Source: a virus
IMG/VR virus record: IMGVR_UViG_3300011005_000053
Strand: one strand, 5' to 3'
DNA length: 64,000 nucleotides
Shown here: piece after piece, positions 44,088-54,069 of the stretch
How the letters are laid out: every line of letters starts with the position of its first letter
Position numbering within the stretch: the first letter of the stretch is position 1
Notes under the pieces: model-generated
Databases searched by the model: none
What the model saw: only the letters and a program-made list of their open reading frames with translations
What the model was told of the DNA's origin: nothing
Position numbers and translations under genes: made by a program

Positions 44088-44747
44088 ATGAAGCGACTGT
44101 TATGTTTTTTCTGTTGCGCTCTGCTGATCTGCGGCGCGTTCGTTATAACATCCTGCGCCGATGTTGATTACTGGCGTATGATGCGCGAGGCCGCCGAACA
44201 GGGCGACGAAATGTCTATGCGGCAGGGCGCTGTCTATGAGACACTCCGAAATCAGAAGATCCAGAACATGGATCTGGATTACCGGACGACAAATTATTTT
44301 CTGTGCTTTACAGACCCGGTCGATATCCTGTCCGCTATGGATGCCTACGAGGAAGCGTCTGATTATACAGATGAAGATGTTGAGCTTCTGGCGAGAGTCA
44401 TCCATAACGAAGCGGGCAGCTACTGGCTGCCGGATGATTGGAAGATGGCTGCCGGGGAGGTTGTGCTGAATCGCGTGGCCTCTCCGGAGTTTCCGGATAC
44501 CATTCATGATGTTGTGTATCAGAAAGGACAGTACGCATTGGCCCGCAACTTTGCCACTGTCAAACTGACTGACCATGAATACGAGTTGGCAGAGCGGCTT
44601 CTGAGCGGTGAACGAGTCCTGAACGATCCGTCTATTGTCTTTCAGGCGAATTTCCCGCAGGGAAGTGGTACGGCGCTGAAACTGATAGATGACCAGCTTG
44701 GAGCCACATATTTCTGCTACTCCAGCCATCCAGAATATTATCAGTGA
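44088..44747 (+). CDS. SleB/CwlJ-like cell-wall hydrolase lipoprotein
   Basis: Signal peptide plus lipobox ITSCAD. LLARVIHNEAGS...VVLNRVASPEFPDTIHDVVYQKGQY matches the Hydrolase_2 family. Confidence 0.6.
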   Translation: MKRLLCFFCCALLICGAFVITSCADVDYWRMMREAAEQGDEMSMRQGAVYETLRNQKIQNMDLDYRTTNYFLCFTDPVDILSAMDAYEEASDYTDEDVELLARVIHNEAGSYWLPDDWKMAAGEVVLNRVASPEFPDTIHDVVYQKGQYALARNFATVKLTDHEYELAERLLSGERVLNDPSIVFQANFPQGSGTALKLIDDQLGATYFCYSSHPEYYQ

Positions 44748-44756
44748 GGGGATGCT

Positions 44757-45305
44757 ATGCGAGATAATTACATTTTTCTGATCGTTGGGCCAAGTGGAAG
44801 CGGCAAGACGACCTTGGCGAAACGCCTTGGCGCTATCGGCTTACATGAATTACAGTCTTACACCACAAGACCGCCGCGTTTTCCCGGTGAGACCGGACAT
44901 ATTTTCGTCAGCGAATTCAAAGTTGAACATCCGGTGGCCTACACCAATTTCAACGGTTATGACTATTGGGCCACAGCAGAACAAGTGGATGCCAGTGACG
45001 TGTACGTAATCGACCCTGCCGGCATCGAGTGGTTCCTTAGTCAGTATCATGGCAGGCGCGTACCGATCATCGTTTATCTGGACGTGCCGGAGGACGTGTG
45101 CCGGGCCCGTATGAAAGAGCGCGGCGACAGCGACGAAGCTATTGATGGACGTATCGAACATGACCGCAAGGCGTTTGACGGCGTCCGCACCAAGGTGATC
45201 GCCAGACTTTACGGCGCAGATGGTTACGCGTTTGAAAACAAAAATGACGATGATATGGACAATATCATCAAGACAATTCAAGCCTGTCTGGAAGCGGGGC
45301 GTTAA
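44757..45305 (+). CDS. guanylate kinase-like nucleotide kinase
   Basis: P-loop GPSGSGKTTL and SYTTRPPR motif. Confidence 0.65.
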   Translation: MRDNYIFLIVGPSGSGKTTLAKRLGAIGLHELQSYTTRPPRFPGETGHIFVSEFKVEHPVAYTNFNGYDYWATAEQVDASDVYVIDPAGIEWFLSQYHGRRVPIIVYLDVPEDVCRARMKERGDSDEAIDGRIEHDRKAFDGVRTKVIARLYGADGYAFENKNDDDMDNIIKTIQACLEAGR

Positions 45306-45902
45306 ATGACAATCCTTTTTGATTTTGACGACGTACTGAACGATCTGAGCAAGTGTTTTATCCAGGAGCTGAATCGTGAGTACGGCAAGCAGGTTCAATG
45401 GGAAAGCGTCTCCGAATTTGAAATCGGAGAATCGTTTCCAGACTTATCCGATTATCAGATCTATACGCCATATCTGGATGGAACGCTTTATCTGGACGCC
45501 CATCCGGAACAAGGAGCGCAAAACCTTCTGCACGATCTGGCGCAAAAGCACACCATATATATTGTGACGGCCGGCCTGCTGGCTCTGCCTGAAACCACGC
45601 TGTATGAGTACATGTGGGACGGCAACCCGGTCAACAGCACCGAGTATATGCTGCGTTTTCTTGGTGAGTATTATCCCGATGTTCACCCGCAGAACATTGT
45701 GATGACCACCAATAAAACCATGATTCGCGGCGATGCCCTGATCGACGACCGGCCGCAGAACCTGATCGGGTTTCGCGGTTTGAAGATCCTGATGGATAAG
45801 CCGTACAACCACACGTTTGATACGGAGCGTCACAACATACACAGAGCTTATACATATGACGACGTGAAAACTATTTTGACGGAGGAACTTGGCATTGAGT
45901 GA
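45306..45902 (+). CDS. HAD-family 5'(3')-deoxyribonucleotidase-like
   Basis: MTILFDFDDVLND DxDx motif. Confidence 0.55.
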   Translation: MTILFDFDDVLNDLSKCFIQELNREYGKQVQWESVSEFEIGESFPDLSDYQIYTPYLDGTLYLDAHPEQGAQNLLHDLAQKHTIYIVTAGLLALPETTLYEYMWDGNPVNSTEYMLRFLGEYYPDVHPQNIVMTTNKTMIRGDALIDDRPQNLIGFRGLKILMDKPYNHTFDTERHNIHRAYTYDDVKTILTEELGIE

Positions 45903-46209
45903 TAAATATCTGGGATTTGTCGATCGGTATTTAAGCGACGAAGAGCTCGCCGCCTTCTACAGCGATCTTACGTTTAATCGCTTCGATCTGTTCCGAAACG
46001 AATATCTGCTCCTCACAGATATTGATGGCAACACGATCGATACATACCGCTGGAACGGCGAAACGCATGTCCGCGTTCCGACCAAGCAGATCAAAACCAG
46101 ATATCTTGGTACGATCCGCCCCCGCAACCCGCAGCAGGTATGCGCGATCGATATGCTTTACAACACGGATATGACCGTCAAAATGCTACAGGGGCCTTTT
46201 GGCTCGGGT
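45895..46209 (+). CDS. phoH: PhoH-like ATPase, exon 1 (ends within Walker A GPFGSGK)
   Basis: IRPRNPQQVCAIDMLYNTDMTVKMLQGPFGSGK matches the PhoH N-terminus and P-loop. The reading frame then falls into an insertion. Start TTG at 45889 or 45895. Confidence 0.6.
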
Positions 46210-47324
46210 AAAATCTTGCCCCGCCGCGCGGCAACGCTCGGTTGACAATCTTGTAAATTGCTGGAACACCCTGAGAGCCGCACAGACCACAGCGTGAGGA
46301 TGAAACGCCTGGGCGCGATGGTGTGAAAACAGTGCGGATTGGGCAATCAGCAGCCAAGCCCCGAATAGGGGAAGGTTCAACGACTATCCATAAGGAGTAG
46401 GGCGCAAGCCCGAAAAACAAGACGACCCGATATATTGCCATTAAACAACGGGAGGTGAAAGAGTGACAAAGAGGACATGGACACAAGAGCAGGTTGACGA
46501 CATTGTTCATATGTATACCGTCCAGCGCTGTACACAAAAAGTGATCGCGGCAAAGTATAGCGCCAAAGTACAAACTATCAGTGGCATCCTAAAAGCTCAT
46601 AACGTTTCTATCAACTATCGCAAGGGCGCAAATCGCCATATGAACGATCAGTATTTCGATGTAGTTGATTCTGCTGAAAAGGCGTACTTCTTGGGATTAT
46701 TATTAACCGACGGAAGCGTGATTTATGATGCTGAGCGCATTAGGCAGCCAGAAATCAGCATTGAGCTTATAGAGAGTGACGTCGAGATCTTGCACAGACT
46801 GCGTGACGCGATCGGGTTGAGCACCAAGCTGTGCTATGCAAAGCGAGCAGGCAGAAAACATGGTACATATACTCTGAAATTTCGATCGGCGCACATGGCG
46901 TCTACTCTTGCTGCTTATCATATCGTGCAAGATAAAACCCATCGCGTTCGCGTACTGCCACAAAATATCCCCGAACAATATATGAAAGATTATGTTCGTG
47001 GATTAATTGACGGTGATGGCAGTATTTATTTTAGCCAAGGGTCATGGCACATCAATTATTGCGGTCACTTTCAATCACTGGTACGCGATGTCGGAAATGT
47101 GTGCTGCAGCATGATCGGGAGAGATGCACCGCTCAAAATCCAGGTGAGCGATAATGTATACCGTATAACGTTTAATGGTGCGTGGGCACAAAAATTGGCG
47201 TCGGCGCTTTATGATAACGCAGATATTGCAATTGCTCGTAAATACCGTTTGGCAATAGCGGCAATGCGAGGATAATAGGGTCGAAGATATAGTCTAACCC
47301 TCGCCGAAAGGCGAGGTAGCAGTG
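46210..47324 (+). mobile_element. group I intron in phoH carrying a LAGLIDADG homing endonuclease
   Basis: The 5' exon ends ...TCGGGT (U). A GCCC(C)G guide-like element follows the junction. GACTATCC at ~46400 and ATAGTC at ~47288 are P7-like strands. The intron ends in G. Exon 2 has no RBS. Junction positions are approximate. Confidence 0.55.
46463..47275 (+). CDS. LAGLIDADG homing endonuclease
   Basis: Two motifs, YFLGLLLTDGS and VRGLIDGDGSIY. AT-richer codon usage. Confidence 0.75.
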   Translation: MTKRTWTQEQVDDIVHMYTVQRCTQKVIAAKYSAKVQTISGILKAHNVSINYRKGANRHMNDQYFDVVDSAEKAYFLGLLLTDGSVIYDAERIRQPEISIELIESDVEILHRLRDAIGLSTKLCYAKRAGRKHGTYTLKFRSAHMASTLAAYHIVQDKTHRVRVLPQNIPEQYMKDYVRGLIDGDGSIYFSQGSWHINYCGHFQSLVRDVGNVCCSMIGRDAPLKIQVSDNVYRITFNGAWAQKLASALYDNADIAIARKYRLAIAAMRG

Positions 47325-47840
47325 AAAGATTTGTTAATGTCTACAGTAGCTCTGGACATGCTTGACAAAAACAAGTTTGACAAGACCGTCTATGTGCGCA
47401 ACAACATCGAGGTCAAGGACTCCAAGCCGATCGGTTTTCTGCCCGGCACAGACAAAGATAAACTCCTCCCTTACGCGATGCCTTTAGCCGACCATATGGG
47501 CGGCGTCAGCGGCATTGAATTTATGATGAGCCAGGGGCAGTTGGAGATCGTTCATCTTGGATTTATCCGGGGCCGCGATATCAAGGACGCCATCATCTAC
47601 GTTCCCGAAGCGGAGAATATGACAAAAGAACATATTCAGCTTCTGCTCGGACGAGTAGGTGAGGGGTCTCAGCTCTGGATCAACGGCGACTACCGTCAGG
47701 TGGACGCAGAAGTTTTTGTAAAGAACAGTGGTCTTGCGGCCGCCGCAGACCGCTTAAAGGGCCATCCTCGCTTTGGCCTCGTGACGCTGATCAAAACGGA
47801 ACGAAGCGAAACAGCGGCTATGGCCGATCTTTTGGATTGA
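47325..47840 (+). CDS. phoH: PhoH-like ATPase, exon 2
   Basis: IGFLPGTDKDKLLPY...IYVPEAENMTKEHIQLLLGRVGEGSQLWINGDYRQVD matches the PhoH core. Open from 47298 with no start signal. Confidence 0.6.
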   Translation, partial: KDLLMSTVALDMLDKNKFDKTVYVRNNIEVKDSKPIGFLPGTDKDKLLPYAMPLADHMGGVSGIEFMMSQGQLEIVHLGFIRGRDIKDAIIYVPEAENMTKEHIQLLLGRVGEGSQLWINGDYRQVDAEVFVKNSGLAAAADRLKGHPRFGLVTLIKTERSETAAMADLLD

Positions 47841-47856
47841 GAAAAGGAGATTGTAT

Positions 47857-48798
47857 ATGGTTTTACTGATTTTGGCGTTCATTCTTTTGATCGGCGGCCT
47901 TGTTGCAGGTGCTGTCGCGTATAGTCCGGAAGCAGCTTGGGCCTGTCGTATAGGCGGAGTTGTTCTTGCCGTTGTGCTCGTCATCGTAAGTTGTGTGGCG
48001 GTGGTGCCAACAGGGTATACCGGTATTCTCACCACTTTCGGCCGCGTGGAGGATCGCACGGTTCAGTCCGGCATCAACTTTGTCGCGCCCTGGCAGAAGG
48101 TCGTGAAGATGGACAACCGAACCCAGAAAGTCGTCATCGAGACCTCGGCTTTCTCCAGTGATATTCAGCAGGTGGATCTTGACCTGTCAGTGAACTATTG
48201 TATCGACCAGTCCACGGCCCAGGAGCTCTACCGCACCATCGGCACCAATTACTACGAAAATGTCATGTATCCCCGCATCCAGGAAAACACCAAGGCGGTC
48301 TTCTCCCAGTATTCCGCGGAGAATCTGATCTCTAAACGGGACAGCCTGTCCGACTTAATCCTGGAGACGACCGCGAACGATATGGCTTCATACGGCATCA
48401 CCATTGTTTCGATCGCCATCGAGGACATTGACTTCACGGACGCTTTTACCAATGCGGTTGAGGCCAAGCAGGTGGCTGCTCAAAATAAGCTGGCGGAAGA
48501 GACCCGGCAGGCGCAGAAGACTATGGAAGAGCAGGCCGCAGCCGACCGCGCCATTATTATGTCCAAAGCGGAGGCGGAGCAGGCCATTATTGCTGCGAAC
48601 GCGGATCTGGAGGTTGTGAAAATCCAGGCCGATGCGGCTCTGTACGCCGGCGAGCGGGAAGCCAACATGAACGAACGCATTGCGGCGGCTCTCACGGATA
48701 ATCTGATCGACTACTACTGGATCAAAGAATGGGACGGCAAGCTGCCGGATACCGTGCTCAGCAACGACGGAAACTATATGCTGAGTCTTGGCGACTGA
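47857..48798 (+). CDS. SPFH/band-7 domain membrane protein
   Basis: N-terminal TM then GYTGILTTFGRVEDRTVQSGINFVAPW, and a long coiled-coil C-terminus. AAAAGGAGA plus 6 nt then ATG. Confidence 0.65.
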   Translation: MVLLILAFILLIGGLVAGAVAYSPEAAWACRIGGVVLAVVLVIVSCVAVVPTGYTGILTTFGRVEDRTVQSGINFVAPWQKVVKMDNRTQKVVIETSAFSSDIQQVDLDLSVNYCIDQSTAQELYRTIGTNYYENVMYPRIQENTKAVFSQYSAENLISKRDSLSDLILETTANDMASYGITIVSIAIEDIDFTDAFTNAVEAKQVAAQNKLAEETRQAQKTMEEQAAADRAIIMSKAEAEQAIIAANADLEVVKIQADAALYAGEREANMNERIAAALTDNLIDYYWIKEWDGKLPDTVLSNDGNYMLSLGD

Positions 48799-48817
48799 TT
48801 AATATGGTGGTGATGAT

Positions 48818-49018
48818 ATGGAACTTGTGTTATACAGTACCGGCTGCCCGCAGTGCTCGGTACTAAAAAAGAAATTGGACACTAAAGGGTTGTCGTATCG
48901 TGTGAACGAGAATGTTGAAGCGATGCTGGCGCTTGGGATCGACAGTGTGCCTGTACTCAGCGTAGACGGTGAGCTGCTTGGTTTTGCGGCCGCGAACAAA
49001 TGGATTGGAGAACAGTAA
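48818..49018 (+). CDS. NrdH/glutaredoxin-like small redoxin
   Basis: YSTGCPQCSVLKKKL CxxC thioredoxin-fold motif. 66 aa, immediately upstream of nrdD. Confidence 0.65.
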   Translation: MELVLYSTGCPQCSVLKKKLDTKGLSYRVNENVEAMLALGIDSVPVLSVDGELLGFAAANKWIGEQ

Positions 49019-49021
49019 AAG

Positions 49022-49543
49022 ATGCAGATTGAGCTGAAACTTTCAAAGGACTTTGAGCGTTGCTTAAACGATCTCCGCAACAAGTACGGTGAAGATTTTG
49101 AAATTTTGAACGGGGTACATCCGAGTCAATTGGATTTTTCGGAATTCATCGACAACTTCGTGGACAAAAAGACGCTGGCTGACGCCAGCATCGACCCCAA
49201 CGCCAATGCCAACCATAAGGACATCCGCAGCTTTATGACGGAGAAGGCCAAGAGCGAAGACAAGCTGTTTGGACTGAACAAGATTTTTACGGAGATCAAG
49301 AAGCGCTGGGGGCTGCGGACAGCCAAGCAGTGGTTAGAGCAGGAATTCAGCAAGGGTTTTTATCTGAACGACAGCACGACCGCCAGTTATTTCCCTTATT
49401 GCTGGGCGAACGACTTTACGCGCCTCGCCAAAGAGGGCCTGTTCTTCCTTGGCAATTATAACAACGAGGGGCCGAAACATTTGACCACGTATTTTGATGA
49501 TGTGATCGAGTTTGTCAGCTTCCTCTCAAATCGCCAGTCGGGT
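49022..49543 (+). CDS. nrdD: anaerobic ribonucleoside-triphosphate reductase NrdD, exon 1
   Basis: FPYCWANDF...GPKHLTTYFDDVIEFVSFLSNRQSG matches the NrdD N-terminal region. The frame then enters the intron. Confidence 0.7.
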
Positions 49544-50662
49544 AGAAAACGCTGTGCCCGTTTGTCGCTTTTCCACATCATCAGTGGGGTCAATTTTCTT
49601 ATTGGCTAACGGTGAAAGCTAAACAGTATATGCAAGCTAATACCGTGGGAATCGCCTCCCAATGTCCTAAGAAAGATATATACGTAATCAAAAACCGAAT
49701 CAATGATAAGGTTTATGTCGGGCAATCCATTAATGCCGCCGATCGCTTTATAAAACATTGCAAGCCAAGTGCTGCAAAAGACAATTCGTTGATCGATAAG
49801 GCGATACAAAAATATGGCGCAGAAAATTTCTGGTACGAGGTTCTTGAAAGCCAGGTGGAAAATTACAACGATCGTGAGCGATTTTGGATCGAACAGCTTC
49901 ATTCGTTAATTCCTGGTGGATACAATATGCTCCCAGGAGGCGAAGAACCGCCTGTACATCGTTCTATTGATCATCCGCTATCGTCGTTTGACAGTCTTGA
50001 TGAAGTGAAAAAAATCAAAACCGAGCTTCGTACTACAAAACTTAGTTTAGCGGATATTGCAAAACTGCATAACACGTCAAAGAGAACTGTCATGCGTATC
50101 AATCAGGGGCTTCATTATGAGGAGCTTGGTGAAACATATCCAATTCGTGTAACACCTAATTTGTGCGGAAAGCTGTCAGACGACCAAGTGGCTGACATTG
50201 TCGAGTTGCTGCGATATACATATCGACAATACGAAGACCTCGGTAAGCAATACGGCGTGTCTGTTTCTACCATCAAGCAAATCAATTCTGGAGAATGTCA
50301 CCCGCTTCCAGGTGTGCAATATCCAATACGCGCTTATAAAAACAGCGGCAAACCGACCTGCACATATGCACAGGTGACCGAGATTTCCGACTTATTAAAA
50401 AACACAACCATGTCTTGTAGACAAATTGCTAAATGTTATGGAATTGATTTACAAACCGTATATATCATTAATAATGGATCTGCAAAAAGATACCGACGTG
50501 CAGAGCTGACGTATCCTTTGCGCAAACACAATCAGGGGAGGCGACCCTGTATCGACTATCCCCGGTAAGGGGAGTACACCGGCTATTGATACGCCGGTGG
50601 AAAGAGCGACACCGCTGTTTGAGACAGCGGCAAAATATAGTCAGTCCCCGTGGAAACACGGG
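49544..50662 (+). mobile_element. group I intron in nrdD carrying a GIY-YIG homing endonuclease
   Basis: The 5' exon ends CAGTCGGGT (U). GCCCG follows. GACTATCC at ~50552 and ATAGTC at ~50638 are P7-like strands. The intron ends ...CACGGG. The junction is codon-aligned and gives SNRQSG-TPTAVGMPNV. Exon 2 has no RBS. Confidence 0.6.
49612..50568 (+). CDS. GIY-YIG homing endonuclease with C-terminal DNA-binding region
   Basis: KDIYVIKNRINDKVYVGQSINAADRFIKH is the GIY-YIG motif. AT-rich codon usage. Confidence 0.75.
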   Translation: MKAKQYMQANTVGIASQCPKKDIYVIKNRINDKVYVGQSINAADRFIKHCKPSAAKDNSLIDKAIQKYGAENFWYEVLESQVENYNDRERFWIEQLHSLIPGGYNMLPGGEEPPVHRSIDHPLSSFDSLDEVKKIKTELRTTKLSLADIAKLHNTSKRTVMRINQGLHYEELGETYPIRVTPNLCGKLSDDQVADIVELLRYTYRQYEDLGKQYGVSVSTIKQINSGECHPLPGVQYPIRAYKNSGKPTCTYAQVTEISDLLKNTTMSCRQIAKCYGIDLQTVYIINNGSAKRYRRAELTYPLRKHNQGRRPCIDYPR

Positions 50663-52075
50663 ACGCCTACGGCAGTAGGCATGCCCAATGTTCTGATCTG
50701 GGCATGGTACTTCTGGAAGAAGGACTGCGAAGACGGCTATTACATGAAAAATCCGGATTATTATCTCCGCCAGCAGTTTCAGAAATTTATTTACCGGTTG
50801 AATCAACCGTTCCTTCGGATAGATCAGAGCGCCTTTACCAACGTTTCCATCTTTGACCGCCCGTATCTGGAATCCCTGTTTGGCGGCGTTGAGTTCCCGG
50901 ACGGGACCTTTGCCATTGACCACATCGAAGACTTGATCGAATGTCAGAAGGTGTTCATGGACGTCGTCAGCGAGATCAGAAGCACGAACATGTTCACTTA
51001 TCCAGTATTAACTTATTCGTTGTTATATCAGGATAACAAGTTCGTAGACGAGCCCTTCGCCCGCTGGTGCTCCGCCCATAACATGCAGTGGTCCGACAGC
51101 AACTTCTTTGTCAGCGATAACGTTGGTGTCCTGAGTAACTGTTGCCGGCTTCTCAGCGACACCAAAAAGCTCGATGCGTTCATCAATTCTATTGGCGGCA
51201 CGGCGCTGTCTGTAGGCTCCTGCCGCGTCAGCACCATTAACCTGGTGAGAATCGCTTATGAGAGCGACATGAACAAGAAAAAGTATCTCAAGATCCTGCG
51301 AGACCGCGTGCTGCTCGACTGTAAGGCGCTGACTTCCATGCGCCACATTCTCCAACGTAATATTGAGAAGGGCCTGCTTCCGAATTATCAGGACGGGGCC
51401 GTCGAGCTTGATAAGCAGTTCTGCACCATTGGCGGTATCGGCATGTATGAGGTCATGGATCTGTTCGGCCTGATCGATACGGATGAATTCGGCAACAAGA
51501 GTTATTCCGATGAAGCTGTCGCGTTTGCAACCGAAATCCTGGACACGATCAATGAGGTCAAGGATTCTTTTGAGTGTGATTTTTCGTTCAACGTCGAAAT
51601 GATCCCCGCCGAAAACTGCGCCGGTGTGATTTGTCAGGCCGACAACCTGATCTACGAGCAGAACAAATACTTCATCTATTCCAACCAGTGGATCCCCTTG
51701 ATGGAGAAATGCACGATCCAGGAGAAGTGCCGTCTCGGTTCTCTGTTCGATCAGAAGTGCGGCGGTGGATGTATCGCCCATATCAATATCGAAAATCGTT
51801 TCCCGAACGAGGAGACCGCGTGGGATATGCTGAACTATGTTGCATCTCATGGCGTGATCTATTTCGCTTTCACCACCAAGATTTCGGCGTGCAAACACAA
51901 GCACGCCTTTATCGGAACGCAGACCTGTCCTCGCTGCGGCGAACCGGTAGCGGATACATATGCTCGCGTGGTCGGCTTCTATACCCCCGTCAGCAGTTAT
52001 CAGAAAATCCGCAAACATGAGTTTGATCGTCGCCGTTGGATGAACGTACTTTCAAAGGACGGCGTGATGCAATGA
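50663..52075 (+). CDS. nrdD: NrdD, exon 2 (glycyl-radical domain)
   Basis: C-terminal CPRCGEPVADTYARVVGFYTPV carries the glycyl radical motif. A zinc-ribbon CxxC lies upstream. Confidence 0.7.
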   Translation, partial: TPTAVGMPNVLIWAWYFWKKDCEDGYYMKNPDYYLRQQFQKFIYRLNQPFLRIDQSAFTNVSIFDRPYLESLFGGVEFPDGTFAIDHIEDLIECQKVFMDVVSEIRSTNMFTYPVLTYSLLYQDNKFVDEPFARWCSAHNMQWSDSNFFVSDNVGVLSNCCRLLSDTKKLDAFINSIGGTALSVGSCRVSTINLVRIAYESDMNKKKYLKILRDRVLLDCKALTSMRHILQRNIEKGLLPNYQDGAVELDKQFCTIGGIGMYEVMDLFGLIDTDEFGNKSYSDEAVAFATEILDTINEVKDSFECDFSFNVEMIPAENCAGVICQADNLIYEQNKYFIYSNQWIPLMEKCTIQEKCRLGSLFDQKCGGGCIAHINIENRFPNEETAWDMLNYVASHGVIYFAFTTKISACKHKHAFIGTQTCPRCGEPVADTYARVVGFYTPVSSYQKIRKHEFDRRRWMNVLSKDGVMQ

Positions 52076-52557
52076 AGATACGCGGCATTCTCGCGGAGGA
52101 TTTTCAAAACTTCCGCCTGCCCTCCATGTATATCGCAACATCGTTGTGTGACTGGAAATGCTGCTGTGAACAGAATCTCGACCTTGGGGTGTGCCAAAAC
52201 GCACCCCTTGCGTCGAGCCCCATTATGGACGTGTCGTATGACGCCATCTTTGAGCTGTATCACCACAATGATATAAGCCGCGCCGTCGTGATCGGTGGTC
52301 TCGAACCCTTCCTGCAGTTCAACGACATTTTTGAGTTGATTCGTGTGTTTCGGGAGAGGGGAGAGATGTGTCCGTTTGTGATCTATACAGGTTACTACCC
52401 GGAAGAGATCGCCAATGAGCTGCGTTCCATACGACAGAGCTTTTCCAATATCATCGTAAAATTCGGTCGGTATATACCGGACCGTCCGGCGCGTTACGAC
52501 GACGTGCTCGGAATCACGTTGGCGTCTGATAACCAGTACGCCGAGGAGCTGTCATGA
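52072..52557 (+). CDS. nrdG: anaerobic RNR activating enzyme NrdG (radical SAM)
   Basis: SLCDWKCCCEQN Cys cluster. ATGA overlap with nrdD. Confidence 0.65.
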   Translation: MKIRGILAEDFQNFRLPSMYIATSLCDWKCCCEQNLDLGVCQNAPLASSPIMDVSYDAIFELYHHNDISRAVVIGGLEPFLQFNDIFELIRVFRERGEMCPFVIYTGYYPEEIANELRSIRQSFSNIIVKFGRYIPDRPARYDDVLGITLASDNQYAEELS

Positions 52558-52739
52558 AAATCATATTAAATCCAGACGCCGAACATGTCGCCAACATCAA
52601 AGCGGCGCTAAAAAAGAACGGCGGTTATTGCCCATGCCGTCTTGTCCGAACGCAGGAGACAAAATGCATGTGCAAAGAATTCAAAGAAATGGAAGAAGGG
52701 ATGTGTCACTGTGGACTCTACATTAAAACCTCAGACTGA
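52554..52739 (+). CDS. small Cys-rich protein resembling the ferredoxin:thioredoxin reductase catalytic subunit (FtrB-like)
   Basis: CPCRLV...CMC...CHCGLY matches the CPC...CHC pattern of FtrB. ATGA overlap with nrdG. Confidence 0.45.
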   Translation: MKIILNPDAEHVANIKAALKKNGGYCPCRLVRTQETKCMCKEFKEMEEGMCHCGLYIKTSD

Positions 52740-52947
52740 GCAGGAACTGTTGGATCAGGTTTCCCCGCAGGACGATGCAGATGATGATCGTTATGAGCTT
52801 ACGCCGAAAGGTTTGGCTTTACTTGCCATGATGCAGGTCGGTCTCGTGGATGATATTGACGATCCGCGCATCGACGGGTTTTGGACGATTTTCTCTGTTC
52901 TGATGGATCGTCACGGCTACGTCGAAGAGCTGGAAGATGGTGATTGA
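52711..52947 (+). CDS. small acidic hypothetical protein
   Basis: GGAAGAAGGGA plus 9 nt then GTG at 52711. Overlaps the previous gene by 29 nt. Confidence 0.4.
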   Translation: MDSTLKPQTEQELLDQVSPQDDADDDRYELTPKGLALLAMMQVGLVDDIDDPRIDGFWTIFSVLMDRHGYVEELEDGD

Positions 52948-54037
52948 TATGCACCGCCATCGTTTGCTTCCGCTTGTCATTCTGCTGATACTCGTTATTC
53001 TGACGCAGACAGCTTATATAGCGCTCGGGCCCGAGCATGACCTGTACAGCGATGTTTCCCGCAACGCCGATTACTACGAAGCCGTCGCATGGGCCACATC
53101 CAACGGCATTACAAATGGCACAGGAAATAGCCGGTTCTCCCCGGACGATCCCGTGACCACACGTCAGTGGGCCGTCATGCTGTGCCGCGCCTTCCGCGTC
53201 GAGAGCGCAATAAATGACAATGGGGCTTTTGGAGACGCCAGCTTGTCGCACGCATTCGATCGCGGTTGGATCGACGATGTCGCCGTAACAAGTCCTGAAT
53301 CTTCATGGTGCAGATGGAACCTGTACAAAAGCGCGTTTCGCGCCTACGGCATTTCTGTATATCCAAACGAAGTCTATGGCGGGGAGCATATGACAACGAC
53401 AGAAAATGTAATGCGCACCGCTTATCAGGTCGGCCTGTGTGAAGCGTATGCGGCAAGCGGCGTGATTTCCACGCGAGCAGAAGCTGTATCGGTCATTTAT
53501 CGTCTCGCCACAAACGATTGTGCGTCTATGATCAAGGCGCCGGAATTGCTGCAAATAGAAGCGTCAAAAAATGTTGATCTCGCGCCATATTACGACGAGC
53601 TCGTACACTTACCGACGGCGATCGTGCAGGCGTTTATAGATGAAGGTTGGCAGATCAAACTTGATTTTGATTACCTCTGCCGGCTCGGCGATCAATACAA
53701 CGCATCCGTTATCGGAGCGACCTCGGCCACATCGAAAGTGATCTTTCTTGAATGTCCGCATGCTATGGCTCATGAGTTTGGACACTTCCTCGACCACTAT
53801 CTCGGAGACGTATCAAACGATCCGCTTTGGGAAGAGGAGATCCGTTTGGGGCAGGCATACTTAAGAGATTATGCCGAGACCAATGTCAAGGAATACTTTG
53901 CCGAGGCGTTTGCCTATTACGTCGGCCGCCCGAATTACCGCATTGCACTGGAAGATATGCAGCAATTCACTCCGCAAACCTATGAATTCTTCCGCGATCT
54001 TGAAGCGCACAACTGGGAATCAGAATTAGGGTATTGA
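52937..54037 (+). CDS. secreted zinc metalloprotease (HExxH) with N-terminal signal/TM and an SLH-like segment; moron-like
   Basis: ECPHAMAHEFGHFLDH zincin motif (anthrax-lethal-factor-like family). Signal peptide LLPLVILLILVIL. FSPDDPVTTRQWAVML is SLH-like. Alternative start at 52949. Confidence 0.55.
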   Translation: MVIDMHRHRLLPLVILLILVILTQTAYIALGPEHDLYSDVSRNADYYEAVAWATSNGITNGTGNSRFSPDDPVTTRQWAVMLCRAFRVESAINDNGAFGDASLSHAFDRGWIDDVAVTSPESSWCRWNLYKSAFRAYGISVYPNEVYGGEHMTTTENVMRTAYQVGLCEAYAASGVISTRAEAVSVIYRLATNDCASMIKAPELLQIEASKNVDLAPYYDELVHLPTAIVQAFIDEGWQIKLDFDYLCRLGDQYNASVIGATSATSKVIFLECPHAMAHEFGHFLDHYLGDVSNDPLWEEEIRLGQAYLRDYAETNVKEYFAEAFAYYVGRPNYRIALEDMQQFTPQTYEFFRDLEAHNWESELGY

Positions 54038-54062
54038 CAAGTGCGCAACAATGTGATATAAT
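54018..54062 (+). promoter_or_regulatory. conserved-motif promoter (AATCAGAATTAGGGTATTGACA-17-TATAAT)
   Basis: TTGACA at 54034-54039, TATAAT at 54057-54062. Confidence 0.6.
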
Positions 54063-54069
54063 AAGCAAC

